Part shown: positions 23,938-36,769 of the stretch, in pieces
Numbering within the stretch: position 1 is the stretch's first letter
Layout of the letters: every line of letters starts with the position of its first letter
DNA from: Squalus acanthias
Taxonomy: Eukaryota
Length of the DNA stretch: 64,000 nucleotides
Assembly (NCBI GenBank): GCA_030390025.1
Contig: CM059452.1
Location: 9,610,001-9,674,000, forward strand
Direction: 5' to 3'
The notes under the pieces: generated by a model
Database searches by the model: none
What the model was told of the DNA's origin: nothing
What the model saw: only the letters and a program-made list of their open reading frames with translations
Program-made: the position numbers and the translations under genes

Positions 23938-24366
23938 ATGTATTTCTGTTTAACTGCCCTGATTTATTTCTCAGGTAAGTGTTGGGGGTGACGAGCTGAT
24001 TCTGGGGGATAGACACAGTGAAGTGGCATTGCTTAATTTAATATCACTCTGGGCTCTTGCAGGACATTGTCGAGGAGATTCCGTTTCACAGACACCGGCT
24101 GCAACCACAGTCAGTGAGGGAGACGATGTTCAGTTGCATTGTAATTATACAGCTACAAGCACTAATTCTTACCTATACTGGTACCGTCAATATCCCAGCG
24201 GATCCATAGAGTATCTGCTGAAAAGAAACAAATACAGCGAGAACGAAGGGAGATTTCCAGGGGACCGTTTATCAGCGAAGCTCAATGATTCCAGCCGAAC
24301 CGTCCCGCTGAAAGTGTCTGAAACACAACTGACAGACTCCGCGGTGTATTACTGCGCACTGAGCCC
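23938..24366 (+). CDS. TCR alpha-like V segment, apparently functional
   Basis: Leader 23938-23974. V exon from 24063 (DSVSQTP..LHC..LYWYRQ..DSAVYYCALSP). RSS CACAGAG(24367-24373)-23-ACAAAAACT(24397-24405). Confidence 0.9.
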
Positions 24367-24927
24367 CACAGAGACACGGAGCTGGGCTGGACCTGTACAA
24401 AAACTGTCAGAGCGTCGCTCAACATATCAGCGCGTCAGGGGAGCATTGTGATCAGGGGCGAGTCTCAGCTGGTCCCTGTATTTGTGATTAGACATTGTGC
24501 TGTTAATTCTAATATATAGGTATCTTTATTCCTGCAATTTGTCTCTTTTTAAGTATTTATCCAATTCCCCTTTGAATGTTATTATTGAATCTGCTTCCAC
24601 CGCCCTTTCAAGGCAGTGAATTCCAGATCACAACAACTCACTGAGTAAAAGATCAAATCTCCTCATCTCCTGTCTGGGTCTTTTGCCAAGTATCTTCAAT
24701 GTGTTTGTCCTCTGGGTACCGACCCTCCTGCCAGTGGAAACAGTTTCTCCTTATTAACTTTATCAAAACTCTTCATATATTTCTGTGTGGATACAGTCAC
24801 TCTGGGAACTCCTATTCTGAAATGCTATCCCGCTTTTGTTGTGTGAGCGACAATCTCACCGCCTGTTGGGATTTATTACTCACAGTTATTGGAACTTTAT
24901 CTAAACGTTTCCCTCTCTGTCCTTTAG

Positions 24928-25232
24928 ACAGCGTCCTTGGATGGATCGCTCATTGGCCAATGGAAGAGGTGACCGCTCAGGAGGGAGAGATCGCGACAAT
25001 AACCTGCTCCTATACAGAGGTGACGAGAGTTTGCCTGTCCTGGTACCGGGAGGGTCGGTCCGTGGGCCCGGAGAATATCCTCATCCGCTGCACCGACCGG
25101 TTCAGTGACGATGCGAACTTTGCAAGACGGCGCTTCACCTCATCTTTGGCCAAAACTTACAGAGCCGTCAGTTTAAGGGTTTCACAGCTGACAGCTGCGG
25201 ATTCCAGGAAATACTTCTGGGTCATAACACCG
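24928..25232 (+). pseudogene. Atypical V exon (C104->W), leader disabled
   Basis: ITC..VCLSWYRE..IRC..DSRKYFW. Degenerate RSS CACACGG-23-ACAATAAAC (25233-25271). The leader-like exon upstream has a stop and no ATG. Confidence 0.75.
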
Positions 25233-25571
25233 CACACGGTTCTGTATTTAGAGCAAGAGCCGACAATAAACTACAGGTGCTCCGGCGCGGCAGACTGTGA
25301 CAGTGAACTCTCTGGTTTATTGTATCTCATGGTCCAATGTCACTGTGTAGTCTGACGGAGAAGGACAACAATTCTTCCATTCAAAATGTTTCCTCACGTG
25401 CCATAAACAGACAGACCGCTGTGTGGGCGGATGATGCTGTCGTTAATGACCACAGATTGAAAATATCTGGAAAGTCGCTGGACTCCCAAATCCCTTTGAC
25501 CCTCCACAGGAATCTGAGCCAACAACACTCTCTACAGAACATTCCACATTCTCGCTTCCCTTTGAAAGAAA

Positions 25572-26020
25572 GAAGGGCTTGCATTTCTATAGCGCCTTTC
25601 ACAACCACCGGACGTCCCAACGCGCTTTACAGCCAATGAAGTACTTTTTGAAGTGTAGTCACTGTTGTAATGTAGGAAACGCGGCAGCCAATTTGCGCAC
25701 AGCAAGCTCCCACAAACAGCAACATGATAATGACCACATAATCTATTTTACTAATGTTGCTTGAGGGATAAATATTGACCAAGATAACTCCTCTGCTCTT
25801 TTTCAAAATATTGGGATTCATTACGTCCTCCTGAGTGGTCAGACAGGGCCTCGGTTTAACATCTCATCCGAAAGACTACACCTCCGACAGTGCAGCACTC
25901 CCTCAGTACTGACATCGGGAGGGTGCGCCTAGATTTTGTGTTCAGGTCTCAGGAGTGTGACTTGAACCCACAATGTTCTGACTCAGAGGCGAGAGTGCTA
26001 CCAACTGAGCCAAGGCTGAC
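25572..26020 (-). mobile_element. tRNA-derived Deu-domain SINE (SacSINE1-like)
   Basis: tRNA-like head (GGCTCAGTTGGTAGC..GGTTCAAGTC), core GTACTGAGGGAGTGCTGCACTGTCGGAGG..CTTTCGGATGAG, and LINE-like tail. Family named from recognition, not from a search. Confidence 0.75.
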
Positions 26021-26480
26021 CCCCTAGTACTTGTAGATTAGACCTTATTCTGTTCATTATAATGCATATGTACCTTTATTAATAATAAATGTAGAATATC
26101 GATATACAAATGTAGCTGGATGAGCGAAATGCCTTTATTGAGGTAACCAGGCTGATGACTGACAGACAGATGGACAGCGGCCTCTCTGCGCCTCGCCACT
26201 TGTTCTCCCTCAGCAGGGGGGTGGGGCAGCTTGTATCAGGGTTTCCCCAGTGCAGACACAGATAAAGGAATCACTGGACACCGGGAAAAGCGGGAGGGAA
26301 ATCATACTGACTGGAGCCCGTGCACACACAAGGATCACGGGCATCCAGCATCAGTTGAACTGAAAGGAAATGAAAGTCAGTTGTTGTGAATGCGGATTGC
26401 GGGTTGTTGTTGTTTATTGTGCGGATCAGAAAGGGTCAAATCTCCCAGCGGAAACTGTGAATTTCCAAGTTCCACTTCAT

Positions 26481-28382
26481 ATACATAGAACAGATACATA
26501 GAACAGTACAGCACAGTACAGGCCCTTCGGCCCTCGATGTTGTGCCGAGCATTGTCCGAGACCAAGATCAAGCTATCACACTCCCTATCACTCTGGTGTG
26601 CTCCATGTGCTTATCCAATAACCGCTTGAAAGTTCCTAAAGTGTCCGACTCCACTATCACAGCAGGCAGTCCATTCCACACCCCAACCACTCTCTGAGTA
26701 AAGAATCTACCTCGAACATTCCTTCTATATCTCCCCCCATGCACCTTATAGTTATGCCCCCTTGTAACAGCTGCCTCTACCCGAGGAAATAGTCTCTGAA
26801 CATCCACTCTATCTATCCCCCTCATCATCTTATAAACCTCTATTAAGTCGCCTCTCATCCTCCTCCGCTCTAAAGAGAAAAGCCCCAACTCCCTCAATCT
26901 TTCCTCATAAGACCTCCCCCCCAAACCAGGCAGCATCCTGGTAAATCTCCTTTGCACTCTTTCCAATGCTTCCACGTCCTTCCTATAGTGAGGTGACCAG
27001 AACTGCACACAATATTCCAAATGTGGTCTCACCAAGGTCCTGTACAGTTGCAGCATAACCTCACGGTTCTTAAACTCAAACCCTCTGTTAATAAACGCCA
27101 ACACACCATAGGCCTTCTTTACTGCTCTATCCACTTGAGTGGCAACCTTCAGAGATCTGTGGATATGAACCCCCAGATCCCTCTGCTCCTCCACGTTCCT
27201 CAGAACCCTGCCGTTGACCCTGTAATCCTTATTCAAATTTGCCCTACCAAAATGAATCACCTCGCACTTATCAGGGTTAAATTCCATCTGCCATTTTTCG
27301 GCCCAGCTCTGCATCCTATCAATGTCTCTTTGCAGCCGACAACTGCCCTCCACCTCATCCACTACTCCACCAATCTTGGTGTCATCAGCAAATTTACTGA
27401 TCCACCCTTCAGTCCCCTCCTCCAAGTCATTGATAAAAATCACAAACAGCAGAGGACCCAGCACCGACCCCTGTGGCACACCGCTGGTAACTGGTCTCCA
27501 GTCCGAAAATGTTCCATCCACCACCACCCTCTGCCTTCTATGAGATAGCCAGTAACTTATCCAATTGGCCAAATTTCCCTCTATCCCACAACTCCTTACT
27601 TTCTTCATGAGACGACCATGGGGAACCTTATCAAACGCCTTACTAAAATCCATGTATACGACATCAACTGCTCTACCTTCATCTACACACTTAGTTACCT
27701 CCTCAAAGAATTCAATCAAATTTGTTAGGCAAGACTTACCCTTCACGAATCCGTGTTGACTATCCCTGATTAAGTTGCCCCTTTCCAAATGGTCATAAAT
27801 CCAATCCCTCAGGACCTTTTCCATTATCTTACCAACCACCGAAGTAAGACTAACCGGCCTATAATTACCAGGGTCATTCCTATTTCCTTTCGTGAAGAGA
27901 GGAACAACATTCGCCACTCTCCAGTCCTCTGGCACCATCCCCGTGGACAGTGAGGACCCAAAGATCAAAGCCAGAGGCTCAGCAATCTCCTCCCTTGCCT
28001 CCCAAAGAATCCTAGGATATATCCCATCTGGCCCAGGGGACTTATCGACCCTCAGGTTCTTCAAAATTGCTAAAACATCTTCCCTCAGAACATCTACCAC
28101 CTCCAGCCTATCCACCTTTATCACACTCTCATCCTCAAAAACATGGCCCCTCTCCTCGGTGAACACTGACGAAAAGTATTCATTCATCACCTCTCCTATC
28201 TCTTCTGACTCCATGCACAAGTTCCCACTACTGTCCTTGACCGGCCCTACCCTCACCCTGGTCATTCTTTTATTTCTCACATAAGAGTAAAAAGCCTTGG
28301 GGTTTTTCTTGATCCGACCCGCCAAGGACTTCTCATGCCCCCTCCTAGCTCTCCTAAGCTCTTTTTTTAGCTCATTCCTTAC
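26481..28382 (-). mobile_element. Young 5'-truncated CR1 LINE with uninterrupted RT ORF
   Basis: ORF 26568-28493: KSPGPDG, YRPVSLTS, DFSKAFD, GVPQGSVLGP, FADD. An empty paralogous site is at about 12737. Confidence 0.95.
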
Positions 28383-28545
28383 TAATGTTTTTGTCCCTGT
28401 TAGTGTTGATGTACAAGGTTCGACATTCGCCATCAGCACACCCGCAACACACCTCCCCATAAATGGACACTGGCAACTGCCCCATACACACATTTATTGT
28501 CTGTTTTCACCCAATAGCCGAACAATGTAAAAGGTCTCATCGTAT

Positions 28546-28559
28546 CCGCCAGAGGGCGC
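28546..28559 (+). promoter_or_regulatory. CTCF-type motif
   Basis: CCGCCAGAGGGCGC. Confidence 0.7.
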
Positions 28560-29969
28560 CGTGGTCCCATGATTCTCGCTGCTCCCTCGGGACTCGAACT
28601 ATTGTTCTTCCTGATTTGTGGAAACGCATCATAATTTCAAAGCCTACTTGTATCTGAGTTTGTGTTCGTAGGATTCAGCAAAGCTTTCCCCCCATCTCTT
28701 TTACTTTGTCAGCTATTCATCGTCACAATCTCTACCACGCTTATGAATTATTTCCTTATACTGCATATCTTAAAGCGACTGCGAGTGACATCTTTGGTAG
28801 CTGCCGTTTGAAAAAAAAATCCTTATATATTAAAATCTGGAATGAATGACACATTCAGAGATACGGGACTGTAACCCGGGTGAGGAGTATCTCCCGTGTC
28901 AATAAGCACCATTTCCCTTCCCATATGATTAATTTCAGCACAGTGGAATGGCGCCTCCTGTGAGTTTCAGGCAGACATCAATCTAACAGGTTCAGCAGAT
29001 ATTTGGGGAAGGGGCTCATATTCCCCTCCGAGCAATTACCAACACAGTCGGGTGATGACGGTCAGATATTATCTCGAGGTGACAATATATCGGTTTGAAA
29101 GTAGATGAAGCTGTTGTTTATTTCAATCACTGCCACTAATCAGACTGCGGTGGTTGACGGGGAGTCGGGTTTGATTAACCTGCTGGGGACCCATAGTGGG
29201 AAGATTTCCTCCGGTCTCTCTCTGGAAATCTCATCCACAATTTGTTTTAACGAAATCGCAAGCTTATTATTTTAGAATGTGTTCACTATTTCTTTAGAAA
29301 TAGCGACCAGAGTAAATCTACCGAACAGAGCGGATAGTTCAGTGTAAACAAAATTGTTACAGGAGAAGGAAGTTAATGCTCTCGGTGAGCCGCCACGCAC
29401 CGACATAAAATAAACAAACACTCAGTGTGACCAATTCGGGCCCATTAAATAAATCCCCAAACCTCAGCAAAATTGAAACTTTCTTCACACCATAGGCAGC
29501 GCTCACTGAGTGATTGGCTTCATCTTCAGATACTTTAAACCGTGGTTCCAAGGGTTTCAACTGAGCCATGAGCCGCACTTGAATCTCATTTCAATATATG
29601 GCGGGTGTATTGGAGAAGTTGTCATTGGAGGGGAACAATGAGAGCAGGAAGTGACTTTGGACAATAGGAGCATCTGACGAGGTCGATTCCGGTCCGGAAT
29701 TGTTCGTTTAAAGAGAGCGACAGGTTCGGGCTCGGCAGCGGCCATGCGGATATTCAGCGCCTGGGTTGTGTTTGGGGTGTTTATTGTCGGTAAGGATTAA
29801 TCCAATTGTGTCGTGTTCAAACTAAAGTGTTAATATTATTTCAGCTTTTAATATTCGGCTTTATCTTGTTAATGAACACATGTTACAGATCAGAGTGATG
29901 GAGATTCTGTTACTCAGTCCCAGACTTCAGTCAGCAGGAGAGAAGGTAAAGCGGTAACTATGAGATGTG

Positions 29970-30057
29970 CAAAAGTGAGAAGTCGCACAACACCAGGTTA
30001 TAGTCCAACAGTTTTATTTGAAATCACAAGCTTTCGGAGCTGCTGACGAAGGAGCAG
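29970..30057 (-). mobile_element. Penelope-like element terminal (pLTR) fragment, left end of composite insertion
   Basis: Reverse complement of 36864-36937, followed by CTGACGAAGGAGCAG. Confidence 0.75.
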
Positions 30058-31008
30058 AAGCAGCAGAGTGGTGGTCTCTGTGAGCAGGAAGAGGAGAAGG
30101 AGAAGGAGACCAGACAGCAGACCACCACCAACACAACCAACAACCACAACTGAGGTGCCTGGAGAGAGAGGACAGGAGAGGAGAGGAGAAAGAAAGGAAG
30201 GCCAAGGCCATCAACAACAGAGGAGAGGCCTTTCCACACTGCCTCCTCAATTGGCCTCCATTTTAGGAGAGGGAGAGAGGGGAGAAAACACCAACAACAA
30301 ACATCAACTGTTTGGAAGGAGGAAGAAGGAAAGAATATCAGCTACAGGTGGGTGTGATTCTGGTGCACTCTCCCAGCGACTTTGTTTTGTAGGTGGGGGG
30401 AGGAAAGAAGAAAAGAAGAAGGCCGGAACATCCAAGGGGTGTGTGTGTGTGGCTTCTGTAAAAGCTAGGCCGCACACACCATATTAAACACCCCTTTCCC
30501 ATTGCCTGACCTGGGACAGCTGGAGCTGTCTAGGTGAAGTCCCCAATTAATTTAATCTTATTGGGCATCGTTAAGACCTGGTGCAGGACTGAGCCTGGGC
30601 ATCTCCAGCTGTCCCAGGTGAAGACATCTTCTCCCCCCACCAGAAGACCACCACCAAAGACTTTTATTACATCGGAGAGTGCACCCCCCTGCCAACACCC
30701 ACCCACCCACATCCTGAGTGGCGACCCTGCCCTTGCGGCTTCCCTCCTTCCCACCCCCTCTCTCTCTCTCTTTGTCTCTTGTCTCTCTCTGCCTCTCTCT
30801 CTAAGAGGCACCTCATCTATTTTAATTAAGTACCTATTGAGCAGAGGGGAGAAGGCCCCTCTCCCAATTCAATCAACTAAAGGGAGAGGTGTGCCTTCAA
30901 TTTAAGAGCTCCCTCTGCTCAGGGGAAAACAGAAACAAAAAAACCGAGGCCATTAACACCTTCAGGCCTGTGACTTGGGGTGAGTGTAGCCCTTAAAGAC
31001 CCTCCATC

Positions 31009-33166
31009 ATGGCGACCACATCTTCGCCGGTGGCGGGGGCAGCGAGGACATACGCAAGCGTGGCAGCCGCGGCCACGGCCGCAGCCACGAGTCCTCCTGT
31101 TACCCCGTCACCTTTTACCCTCCTTACGAGGAAGAATGGGGTCAAGAGCTACACTCACCCCAATATGACAATAGAGGCGTGCGTAAAAGCCATGGCTGGG
31201 GTTGTCGGCCCTTCAGCCATCGTCGCCGCCTCTAAAATGTACGGCAAGGCTGTGTTCTTCCTGGGGTCGGAGCGGGCGGTGTCCCTGGCCATCGAGAAGG
31301 GGCTCACCGTGGGCGGGACCTTCCTGCCGGTGGACCCCCTTGAGGCCACCGCACAAAGGATTGTGGTTTCCAACGTCCCGCCCTTTGTTCCGGGTGAGCT
31401 CCTCCTCCCCCACCTACGTCAACTGGGGGAGGTGAGGTCGGGGATCACACCCATCCCGCTCGGCTTCCGGGAAGCCAGCCTTCGGCACGTCTTCTCCTTC
31501 CGGCGCCAGCTTTTCGTCCGGCTGGCGCGGGAGGAGGACGCGGATGGCGCGTTCACGGTGCTCCACGGGGGGACCGCCCACCGCGTCTTCTGGACCTCGG
31601 ACGGCGCGCGGTGCTACGCCTGTAAGGAGGTGGGGCACGTCCGCAAAAACTGCCCCGCCTCCAAGGCCGCCACGACACCTGGCGCGGCCAGGGCTGGCGC
31701 CACCGCCCCCCCTCCCCCTGATACTGTCCGCGCGTCGACGGCGACGGATGCGCGGTCGAAATCGGAGGCCAACACCATCACGGCCTCCGGCGGGGGGGAG
31801 GGAGAGCGTCCAGGGGGAAGGAAGGCGCGTAGAAAAAATAAACACCTAAGGGCGGATCCCCTCGTGGAGGAAACATCCGAGTTGACCGAACTCACGCCCG
31901 AGTACATCGCGGAGTTGATCGGGACGCATGAGACTGGGGGGGTCCTCGTTCCCGGGCCCGTGACCGTGACCGCAACTGCAGAGGCAGCTGAATCAAGACC
32001 TGCGGCCGGGCTCGGGCCCGAGGGGCCCAAGAAACCCAGTCATCGGAAGGGGGCAGAGAGGGAGGCCCCAGCAGACATGGAGGCCTCCCCCTCTCCGGGC
32101 CCCAATATGTTAAAAAGGAAGCTCGACCCCCAGGAGGAGGACTGCGAGGAGGAAGGTCCCTCCGCAAAAGGGGGGCAGTCGCCCGCCGCGGGTGCTGCGC
32201 CCCACCCCACCACCGTCATCGTCGCGCGCGATCGGCGGGGGTCGTCTGTCCCTCGGGAGGGTGAGACAGCCGAGTCTGTCCGACCTGTGCCTCCCGGGGA
32301 TGGGGAAGAGACCCTGCCCGTGGGGGGGGGGCGCGGAACAACCCGCGGAGGGAAATGTAGAACCTGAACCGTTGCTCCTCGCCGGGTCGGGCGTCCTGGG
32401 GACTGGGGCGGGCGAGGCCAAAGAGGCTGAAGCCGAGCCCGTCTTTTATAACCCAGATATCTCCAGGGACTGCTCGACCTGGTGGAGGAGTGTAGCAATC
32501 CCCAGCCCGCTGGGTCGGAGGTTGGTGGCGGGGAGACGGAAAGCCCCCTGACTCCGTCTCTGTTGTTGGCGCCGGACGTGCTGGAGGAATTTGGGATTAT
32601 TTTCTCCCCGGTTTCTCCGGTCGCCCCGGCGCCTGAGGCGGGGGGGGGCCCCGAACCGCCGCCGCCGCCTCCCGGCCCGGCGCCCCTGAAGGAGCCCAGG
32701 GTGGACTCCTCTGCCACCGATCCTGGGGGTGGGATCGTGACGGAGGCGGGGCCGGCCGGTGCGGCCGAGCCGTTCGCTGCACCCCTGTGCGACGGACGGG
32801 TCGGCCGCCGGTGACGACCTCCCGGAGGAGGACGGGGACTCGGTGGTGGGCATCGAGGACGATTTGGAGTCCATCGGCAGCGAGGTGATGGACGCCCTCG
32901 TGCCCTTCACCGACTCTCCCCTCATCCCCGTAGGGGAACTCCGGGATTTTATGGCCATGAGCCAGGGTCGTCACAAGAAGATCCGGCTGGCCCTCGACAA
33001 GTGGTCGGAGCTGGCGCTGCTCGTCGTGTCCGTCCGCGCCGCCGTTAAAATCATGGGCGCGGACAAGGACGTTGGCCGGCTCGAGCTGCGTCGGCTCAAG
33101 ACGTTCCACACTGGGCTGCTGAGGGAGTGGCGGTCGTCAGTGACCGCGCTCCCTCCCCTCCGTTAG
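31009..33166 (+). pseudogene. Tx1 ORF1 (gag-like), frameshifted
   Basis: IVAASKMYGKAVFFL, VSNVPPF, CYACKEVGHVRKNC. Continues through other frames to the stop at 33166. Confidence 0.85.
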
Positions 33167-33191
33167 GTAGAGGTTGCACTATGCTTCTGAG

Positions 33192-36100
33192 ATGAAGATA
33201 ACCATAGCCAGCCTCAACATCAACGGCAGCAGGGAGGCGCGCCGTAGATTCAATAACTTCTCGGTCCTTCGGGACGGGAAATATGCGGTGTGCTTCCTGC
33301 AAGAAACCCACACCGTTCCGGGAGACGAGGCCACGTGGCTCCTGGAGTGGCAAGGAGGGGTCAGCATGAGTCACCTCTCTAACAATTCCTGCGGGGTGGC
33401 TGTCTTGCTGGCCCCGCATTTTCAGCCGGAGATCTTGAGGGTCAAGGAGCACGTGCCGGGCCGCTTGCTCCAGGTCACTGTTCGCCTGGGAGGCGTGCCA
33501 CTCCATTTAGTGAACGTGTACGCCCCCCGGACCAGTGCGCAGCAAGTGCGCTTCTTCGGAGAAGTGTCCGCTCTTCTGGGCTCCATCGACGTGGGCGAGT
33601 GCGTCATCCTCGGGGGGGATTTCAATTGTACCCTCGAGGCGCGGGACCGGTCGGGTCCCCCGCGAAGCCCGGCGGCGATGGAGAAGTTGCGGGACCTGGT
33701 CGGGTCCTTCGACTTGGTGGACGTCTGGCGAAATCTCCATCCCGACTCCAGCGCCTTCACGAGCGTGAGGTCTGGAGGAGGAAGGTCCAGAATCGACCGC
33801 CTTTACATTTCCCGGGCGTACGTCTCCTGCGTTCCGGCAGCTTCCATGCGGCCGGTGCCATGCACGGACCACCACCTGGTGTGGGCGGAGCTCGCTCCGC
33901 TGCGCGCGCGGGGGGGGTCCGCGTACTGGCATTTTAACAACCTGCTGCTGGAGGACGTGCGGTTCCGGGATTCGTTTCGCCGGTTCTGGGCCGACTGGAG
34001 AAGGAAGCGGGGAGGCTTCCCCTCCTTGAGGCTATGGTGGGACGTGGGCAAGGCTCACGTCCACGTCTTCTGTCAGGAGTACGCGAAGGGGTCGACCAAG
34101 AGGCGGGAGGCCCGGGTCGGGCAATTGGAGAAAGAAGTGCTCGACCTGGAGTCCCGTCTCGGTCAAGCCGTCGAGGACCCGGCCCTGCGGAAGGTGTACG
34201 AAGAGAAGAAGGGCGCGCTGAAGGACCTGCAGCTGGTCGGGTCCCGAGGCGCGTACGTGAGGTCGCGGATCCAGTTCCTGCGGGACCTGGACCGCGGCTC
34301 CCCCTTCTTCTACTCGCTGGAAAAAAGACGGGGGGTCCGTAAACAGCTCTTGGGGCTGCTGGCCGACGACGGATCTCTGGTCTCGGATCCGGAGGGCATC
34401 AGCGCGGAGGCCCGGGCCTATTATGGGGCTCTGTTCTCTTCGGATCCGTCCAGCGAGGATGCACGCAGAGTTTTGTGGGAGGACCTGCCGAAGGTCGGCC
34501 CGGAGGACGCCGAGAATTTAGAAGCTCCGCTAAGCCTGGCGGAGCTGACCGGCGCCCTGCGCCAGCTCTCGAGGGGCAAGTCCCCGGGGCTGGACGGGCT
34601 GACCGTGGAGTTCCACAGGGCGTTCTGGGACGTCTTGGGGGACGACTACGCGCGGGTCCTGGGGGAAAGTCTGGCGACCGGGGAGATGCCCCTCTCTTGG
34701 CGCAGGGCGGTCATCGTCCTGCTGCCCAAGAAGGGCGATCTCCGCCTACTTAAGAACTGGCGCCCGGTCTCCCTCCTCAGCACGGACTACAAAATTTTCG
34801 CCAGGGCTATGTCTGCTCGCCTTGGCACCGTGCTGGCCCGCATGATCCACCCTGACCAGTCCTACACGGTCCCGGGCCGGACAATCCATGACAACATCCA
34901 TCTGGTCCGGGACCTGGTCCACCATTCCCAGAGGGCTGGTCTGTCGGTCGCCTTCCTTTCCCTAGATCAGGAGAAGGCGTTCGACAGGGTGGATCACGAG
35001 TATCTTTTCGGGACTCTGCGCGCATTCGGGTTTGGGACGCATTTCGTCGCCCGGATCCGACTTCTGTACGCCGCCGCGGAGTGTCTGATTAAAGTTAACG
35101 GGTCTTTGACGGCGCCCCTTCGCTTCGGGAGGGGGGTGCGTCAGGGATGCCCCATGTCCGGTCAGTTATACGCCGTTTGCGTGGAGCCTTTCCTGCGCCT
35201 CTTGCGGAAGAGGTTGACGGGACTGGCTCTGCAAGGGCCGGGCGTGGAGGTGGTCCTCTCGGCTTACGCCGATGACGTGCTCCTCGCGGTCACGGATCCC
35301 GTCGACTTGCGGAGGATGCGAGAATGCCAGCAGATTTACTCGGACGCATCCTCCGCCAAGATCAACTGGGAGAAATGTTCTGGACTCCTGGTGGGCCCAT
35401 GGCGGGTGGACTCCCTGCCGGAGGAGTTCGGGCCTTTCGCCTGGAGCACCACGCACCTCCTCTACCTGGGAGTCTACCTCAGCCCGGCCGAGGACGCCTG
35501 GCCGGCGAACTGGCAAGAGCTGGAGGCCAAAGTCACCGCTCGCCTAGGGCGCTGGACAGGACTGCTCCGAGTGCTGTCCTACAGGGGTCGAGCGCTGGTC
35601 ATAAACCAGCTGGTGGCCGCCATGTTGTGGTACCGGCTGGTCACTTTGATCCCTCCCCCTGCGTTTGTCGCCAAGATGCAGAAGAAGCTCGTCGACTTCT
35701 TCTGGGACAAAAGGAAGCACTGGGTCTCTGCCACGGTTTTGAGTCTCCCGCTTAGGGAGGGCGGTCAGGCGCTGGTGTGCCTTCGCACCCAGGCGGCGAC
35801 TTTCCGTCTTCAGACGCTGCAGAGATACCTGTACGTGGAGAATCCTCCTAGGTGGCATGCGCTGGCGACGTATTTCTTCCGGCAGCTGCACGGCCTCAAT
35901 TACGACACGCAGCTCCTGTTTGTGAGAGTGGGTGGCACGTGTGCCAGCCTGCGGGAGCTGCCTGTCTTCTACCAGGAACTGCTATGGGTTTGGAACAGCG
36001 TCGCCTCCGAGCGCAGTTCTCCCCCGTCAGGAGCGGCGGCCGTCCTTCGGGAGCCGCTGTTCAGGAATCCGCACCTCCACGACCTGCGGGTTCGGCTGGC

Positions 36101-36769
36101 TGGCGGAGGGCAGGGCTGTGCCCGGTAAGGTGACCAGAGTCGGGGACCTGCTCGATGGCGGAGGAGCGGGCTGGATGGCGCCGGAGGAGTTGGCGAGGCG
36201 CATGTCCTGGGTCAACGTCCGGCTCGCGGTCAAAGCCATCGAGTCGCTAAAAGTGGCACTGGGCCCCGTCTCCACTAGGTGTGTCGAGGAGGCTCAGGCA
36301 CGTGGGGCGATCCCGTCCGAACTGACCCCCGTTCGGACGGAATTCCTTATCGGCGCCCGGCCCCGAATCCTCCCTCGGGAGCCGCCGCCTCACCACTTGA
36401 GCCTTCTCGGAGAAATGCCCTCCGTGCCCTTTCAATCCGCACGGAGGCGTTTCCTGTACGGGCTGCTCCTGCACACTCTCCACTTTGCCATCTTCGTCTG
36501 CCGTCCGGACACGCCTTGGCGTACCATCCTGCCGTCCGGCGGAGGCGAAGGTCCCCATTGGAAGGCTCTCTACGCGGGAGTCTTCCCTTGTTCTATTGGG
36601 GACTTGGCCTGGAGGGTGTTGCACGGAGCAGTCCCGTGCAATAGGATTTTTAAGTAGGTTTACGGACTCCCAGGCTGCTTGCCATTTCTGCGGCCTGGCG
36701 GAGTCCGTCTATCACATTTATGTTGAGTGTGAGAGGTTGCAGCCCCTCTTTCATTATTTTAAAAAGAGG
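33192..36769 (+). pseudogene. Tx1 ORF2: APE endonuclease, reverse transcriptase and zinc-binding domain, with late frameshifts
   Basis: SLNING, LQETH, GGDFN, SRID, TDH; WRPVSLL, LDQEKAFDRV, GVRQGCPMS, YADD. Frameshifts at about 36085 and 36650. Confidence 0.92.

Larger units (their letters stand above)
30058..36769 (+). mobile_element. Tx1-clade (L1 group) non-LTR retrotransposon, 5' complete, 3' truncated
   Basis: About 950-bp 5' UTR, ORF1 with CCHC knuckle, ORF2 with APE and RT. GC/CpG rich. Ends just after the C-terminal CxxC..H..C motif. Confidence 0.9.

Noticed and set aside
25950-26020. tRNA gene
   Set aside because: It is the A/B-box head of a SINE, with no complete cloverleaf.
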